Of a DNA stretch of 64,000 nt, positions 60,714 to 64,000 are shown piece by piece. This DNA is from Deltaproteobacteria bacterium. Lineage in GTDB: Bacteria; Desulfobacterota; Syntrophobacteria; BM002. The stretch's first letter is position 1. Every line of letters starts with the position of its first letter. The stretch is from NCBI GenBank assembly GCA_022340905.1, contig JAJDNB010000084.1, positions 1,920 through 65,919 on the forward strand, in the 5' to 3' direction. The notes beneath the pieces were generated by a model. It made no database searches. It was not told the DNA's origin and saw nothing but the letters and a program-made list of their open reading frames with translations. Made by a program: the position numbers and the translations under genes.

Positions 60714-61097
60714 AATATTGCACAATTCTGTTTAGTCCTGCGACAAGGCAAAAACTGTTATGATAACAGTCGGTTAGACTTACAATCTAATGGAGATCGC
60801 TGCAGCCGGTCTTGGCCTGAAAACTTGTCTGGCTGGATTAACCGTCTAATATAGGACCCGCTGTCAATACTGCGAGCCTCGATGCTTATGTGCTAAAGGT
60901 TAAGACCTTGCACAGAATTGGACTTTTAGGGTCAACATTCGGACGGTCAAATTGGCTGTCAGCAATCAGCTATCAGCAAGCAGCTACTAATTGTCCATCC
61001 GGAGACTACGCTTCACCTCTCCTGTTAGGGGAAGAGATGTTTATAGTTTCGGGTATGTATGCAAGCTGAAAGCTGGCGACTGACCGCTGACTGCTTG

Positions 61098-61137
61098 AAA
61101 AATAAACGGCGGGGGTAGCAGGCCAAACCCCCCGCCG
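61098..61137 (-). terminator. Intrinsic terminator of the CoA-transferase operon
   Basis: Minus strand CGGCGGGGG...CCCCCGCCG followed by TTTATTTTT. Confidence 0.75.
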
Positions 61138-61201
61138 CTCGGTGGGTTATTGCAGGAGGGGTGAAATGCCCCTCCCGGGGTGGTGAATCTCCAACGTTAG
61201 A

Positions 61202-61627
61202 TTATGGAGCAATATAATCTAGGGTGAAAGTCAGCTTCATCCTGTCCTCAGGCCACATTTTCGTGCTAATCTTGTCGTCACCGGGCCAGACTTCCTGGTC
61301 ATTGATCTTTTCCACGATCAGCTCCAGAAAATGAAACTCGGTGAGCTCGTATTTGACTATGACCTCAGGAGGAAGAAGTACGGCAAGCCCCGATTCCATG
61401 GACATTTTCCACTCAAAGGACTCATTGGGCTCATGGGTCATCTCCCCAGTCTTGCCGGTGAATACTTTGAGCAGCTTACCAGAGATCTTGTCATTGGGCT
61501 TGACTCCGTACTCTTCATAGATCTCGTCTGATATGTGCCACCACAGACCGCGAAAGCCTGTCTTCACATATCCTTTGACGAGCATGGGATCGAACCCGCA
61601 AACACCCACGCGGCATTTCTCAGGCAT
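61202..61627 (-). CDS. Hypothetical protein (141 aa)
   Basis: AGGAGG RBS; last gene of the operon; no family recognised. Confidence 0.8.
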   Translation of the reverse strand: MPEKCRVGVCGFDPMLVKGYVKTGFRGLWWHISDEIYEEYGVKPNDKISGKLLKVFTGKTGEMTHEPNESFEWKMSMESGLAVLLPPEVIVKYELTEFHFLELIVEKINDQEVWPGDDKISTKMWPEDRMKLTFTLDYIAP

Positions 61628-61669
61628 GCTCTACCTCCTTTTGGTTCTATTTACGGCATAAGCTCGAGT

Positions 61670-62002
61670 TCATTTCCGCCAACTGTAACTGGAGTATTCC
61701 ACCAGCTTATGCCCGGATGCTTGTTCAAGCTGTTTGCTGTTCGCTTCTTCCACTGCCTGGCGCACTTCCTCAACCTGGCTGTAGCAATAGTCAAGAAACT
61801 CCTGTGCCTCAAGCCAGGTGAGATGGTCATTTTGGAACAACCTGTTGACGAAAGGGGAGACATGAGTGGAGATCTCATGGCTGAACTCTTCCAAAAGATA
61901 CTCACCCCCCCCATCGTCGGGCACCCAGCCGAGGTAGCTCCTCTTCCATCTGAGCACTATGGTCTTGAGAGTCTCAAGTTCTTTTACAACGTTCTCTTCC
62001 AT
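61670..62002 (-). CDS. Hypothetical helical protein
   Basis: Starts 1 nt after the upstream stop codon; 110 aa. Confidence 0.7.
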   Translation of the reverse strand: MEENVVKELETLKTIVLRWKRSYLGWVPDDGGGEYLLEEFSHEISTHVSPFVNRLFQNDHLTWLEAQEFLDYCYSQVEEVRQAVEEANSKQLEQASGHKLVEYSSYSWRK

Positions 62003-62003
62003 G

Positions 62004-62240
62004 CTACTTTGCCACCTTCTTGGATTCGAAGGCGTAACACTTCTTAACCACGTTGAAGTCAGCTACGCCCCAGAAAAACGGCCAGTGAATCTTCATGCAA
62101 TAGCCAATAAGGTCCGCCGGAGGGAACTTGGAGCCCTCGATCACAGGCTTGAGATGCTTGCAGTCCCAGCATATATGATCAGACTCCTTCTCCGGCTTCA
62201 GTACCTTGTCAAGGAATTCTTGTGGCGTTAACTCTGCCAT
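62004..62240 (-). CDS. Small four-Cys protein, candidate [4Fe-4S] carrier
   Basis: AGGAG RBS; C-x2-C-x20-C-x19-C-x-AF. Confidence 0.75.
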   Translation of the reverse strand: MAELTPQEFLDKVLKPEKESDHICWDCKHLKPVIEGSKFPPADLIGYCMKIHWPFFWGVADFNVVKKCYAFESKKVAK

Positions 62241-62258
62241 GCGCTACTCCTTTCTTTC

Positions 62259-62744
62259 TTACCAGTCCTTCACGTCGCCCTTTTTCTTCTTCTCCTGATA
62301 CTCTTCCCATACGTCAGGAGACAGCCTCTTGAGATCCCAGTTGAATGCGTAGCTTCCGGCTATGCCGCCGTCAGGCGGTTGCGGTCGCCAGCCCCTAACC
62401 GGTCTGTTCCGGATGCTGAACTTCACCATGTCCGGCACACCAAGGTAGATGTCCCTGGGCAGACACTGGAAGGGCCTGGTCCTGCCCTCTATACCGGGAC
62501 TATAGTTGGAGTAGCCGTCCAAGGGTTTATCGGCATAAAGTGGACTGGTGTCAGGCTTTTCGCCGGGCCTGTCCTCCGGGCCCTTGTACATGTGGCCCTG
62601 GATCATGTGGATGTAGTAGACTGCACCGCATTCGGCACAGTTGATTGTACCTTCCCAGTTCCAAAAACAGTAAGGATCCAGGTAGTTAACCGTGTTACAG
62701 GGTTTTCCACCCACATCTTTCTTGCACCAGATTATGTCACACAC
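62259..62744 (-). CDS. Hypothetical protein with N-terminal Zn-ribbon-like Cys motif
   Basis: GTG start at 62744 after AGGAGGG; MCDIIWCKK...CNTVNYLDPY...CAECG. Confidence 0.8.
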   Translation of the reverse strand: MCDIIWCKKDVGGKPCNTVNYLDPYCFWNWEGTINCAECGAVYYIHMIQGHMYKGPEDRPGEKPDTSPLYADKPLDGYSNYSPGIEGRTRPFQCLPRDIYLGVPDMVKFSIRNRPVRGWRPQPPDGGIAGSYAFNWDLKRLSPDVWEEYQEKKKKGDVKDW

Positions 62745-62758
62745 AGTTCTCCCTCCTT

Positions 62759-64000
62759 TTATATCCAGGCCTTCTCGTACCACTCTTCGATGGTTTTGGT
62801 TGGATAGCCGAGCAGCTCGTGGTAGATCTTGACGTTGTCGGCACCCACTGGCCGCCAGATCCAATAGAGCCGTCTTGGAGTCTTCTCCATCAGACCGGCG
62901 CCGTAACTACCCATCACCATCACATCGCCGAAAATGGGATCATCCTGCCACCTGATGGTTCCCCTGGTCCTCCAGTGCTCGGACTCGTAGACCTCCTTGT
63001 CATTCATCACCGGCTCGGCCAAAAGCCCGGCATCCTGGCAGACCTTTACCACCTCGGACCTGGACTTGTCCTTGGCCCACTCTTCCAGCTTGGCGTAGAT
63101 CTCTACCTGAGCCTCGGCCTTGACCCTGTCATCGTGAGCCTTGTATTTGTCGAGAAGTCCTTTCTGGCCGGTGATCTTGCAGAGCTCTGCGAAGTCCTCG
63201 TCCTGGAAGGCACTGATCATGGCGTACCTGGCGTCATACTTCTCCTGCGGGTTTTTGGCATCCGGATAATCGGACTTACCGCAGAGAATGATGCCGTGGG
63301 CGCAAAGCTGGGTATCCCAGTTGCCCCATCTCTGCCTGACAATGCCGAACCTACCATAGAGCGGCGCTGCATAGCCCAGGCACCTGGTGGCTGCCTGCAC
63401 CTGGGAGAACTCGATCATGGTGCCAAGGCCGGTCTTCCGCCGCCAGTGGATGGCCGCCAGAATGCCAAAGGTGATCTGAGTGCCGGAGTACCAGTCGATG
63501 CACCAGTTGGAGTGCTTGGCGCAATGGCCGCCAAAGTGCTCGTGGAAGCCGGTTACCGAGGCAAGACCAGCGTGGGCCTGGCCCAGAATGTCGTAGGAGC
63601 CCCCGAAGACCTTGGGCCCGTAGCCGAAACCACCTCCCCAGACATAGATAAACCGGGGGTTCATCTCGAGCAGGTAGCGGTAGGACTGTCGCCACCGGTC
63701 AAAGGTGCCGGGGCGGTAGCACTCGGTGAGCCCGTCTGACATCTTCACCAGGGAGTAGAAGGCCTCCTTCATCTCATCCAGGTGATAGTCCATGGAGATG
63801 TGGTATTCGTTGGGATTGGCGTTCAAATACCCCATACCCGTACCGGTCATGGGCCTGGTGTCGTGCAAGGGATAGAGATAAGTCTCATTGAACGGAGCAC
63901 AGTGCCGCATGGGGTCGCCCATCCGCGGCATTTCAACCTTGATCACCTCAGCCCCGAGCTCAGCCAGGTTGCTGACGGAATGAGGCGTGAAGATATACAT
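62759..64000 (-). CDS. Family III (CaiB/BaiF) CoA-transferase, 5' end outside window
   Basis: [12 protein letters not shown]...[22 protein letters not shown]...GFG, YDILGQA, candidate catalytic Asp in CIDWYSG, PVGADN. Confidence 0.9.
   Translation of the reverse strand: MYIFTPHSVSNLAELGAEVIKVEMPRMGDPMRHCAPFNETYLYPLHDTRPMTGTGMGYLNANPNEYHISMDYHLDEMKEAFYSLVKMSDGLTECYRPGTFDRWRQSYRYLLEMNPRFIYVWGGGFGYGPKVFGGSYDILGQAHAGLASVTGFHEHFGGHCAKHSNWCIDWYSGTQITFGILAAIHWRRKTGLGTMIEFSQVQAATRCLGYAAPLYGRFGIVRQRWGNWDTQLCAHGIILCGKSDYPDAKNPQEKYDARYAMISAFQDEDFAELCKITGQKGLLDKYKAHDDRVKAEAQVEIYAKLEEWAKDKSRSEVVKVCQDAGLLAEPVMNDKEVYESEHWRTRGTIRWQDDPIFGDVMVMGSYGAGLMEKTPRRLYWIWRPVGADNVKIYHELLGYPTKTIEEWYEKAWI

Noticed and set aside
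1-64000. Prophage, transposase, integrase, tRNA, rRNA or anti-phage defence genes
   Set aside because: No recognisable motifs by eye. The DUF434-like and SprT-like genes alone do not support a defence system.

Overview
Gene-dense 64 kb chromosomal window from an anaerobic bacterium, probably a Desulfobacterota/deltaproteobacterial sulfate reducer or syntroph (inferred from Hdr/Etf content and sigma-54 regulation). From left to right: a partial membrane-fused spermidine-synthase-like gene; a fur / fur-feoA / feoA / feoB iron-uptake operon; two methyltransferases; a 6S-like rod-shaped ncRNA with its own sigma-70 promoter; dnaE, aroB, aroF, gdhA; lpoB with a COG3014 lipoprotein. Next is a PAS sigma-54 activator and a ~15 kb unit: CxxCH sensor kinase, hybrid kinase, USP, single receiver, HdrL-type HdrA, MvhD, FdhB/FrhB-like subunit, a double HdrA containing an intact receiver domain, HdrC, HdrB. 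Then TetR, etfBA, an ETF:quinone-oxidoreductase-like protein and an acyl-CoA ligase; DnaJ-like and DUF434 genes; an ABC/AttH-like cluster; cutA; rimI; and the 3' end of an operon with a family III CoA-transferase and four unknown small proteins. Many intergenic spacers carry nested inverted arrays of 7-10 nt tandem repeats, and a GTCAT/ATGAC hairpin element occurs four times. No CRISPR, rRNA, tRNA or transposase was seen. The strongest novelty candidate is a possible phosphorelay-gated heterodisulfide-reductase complex. All calls are by eye, without database searches.
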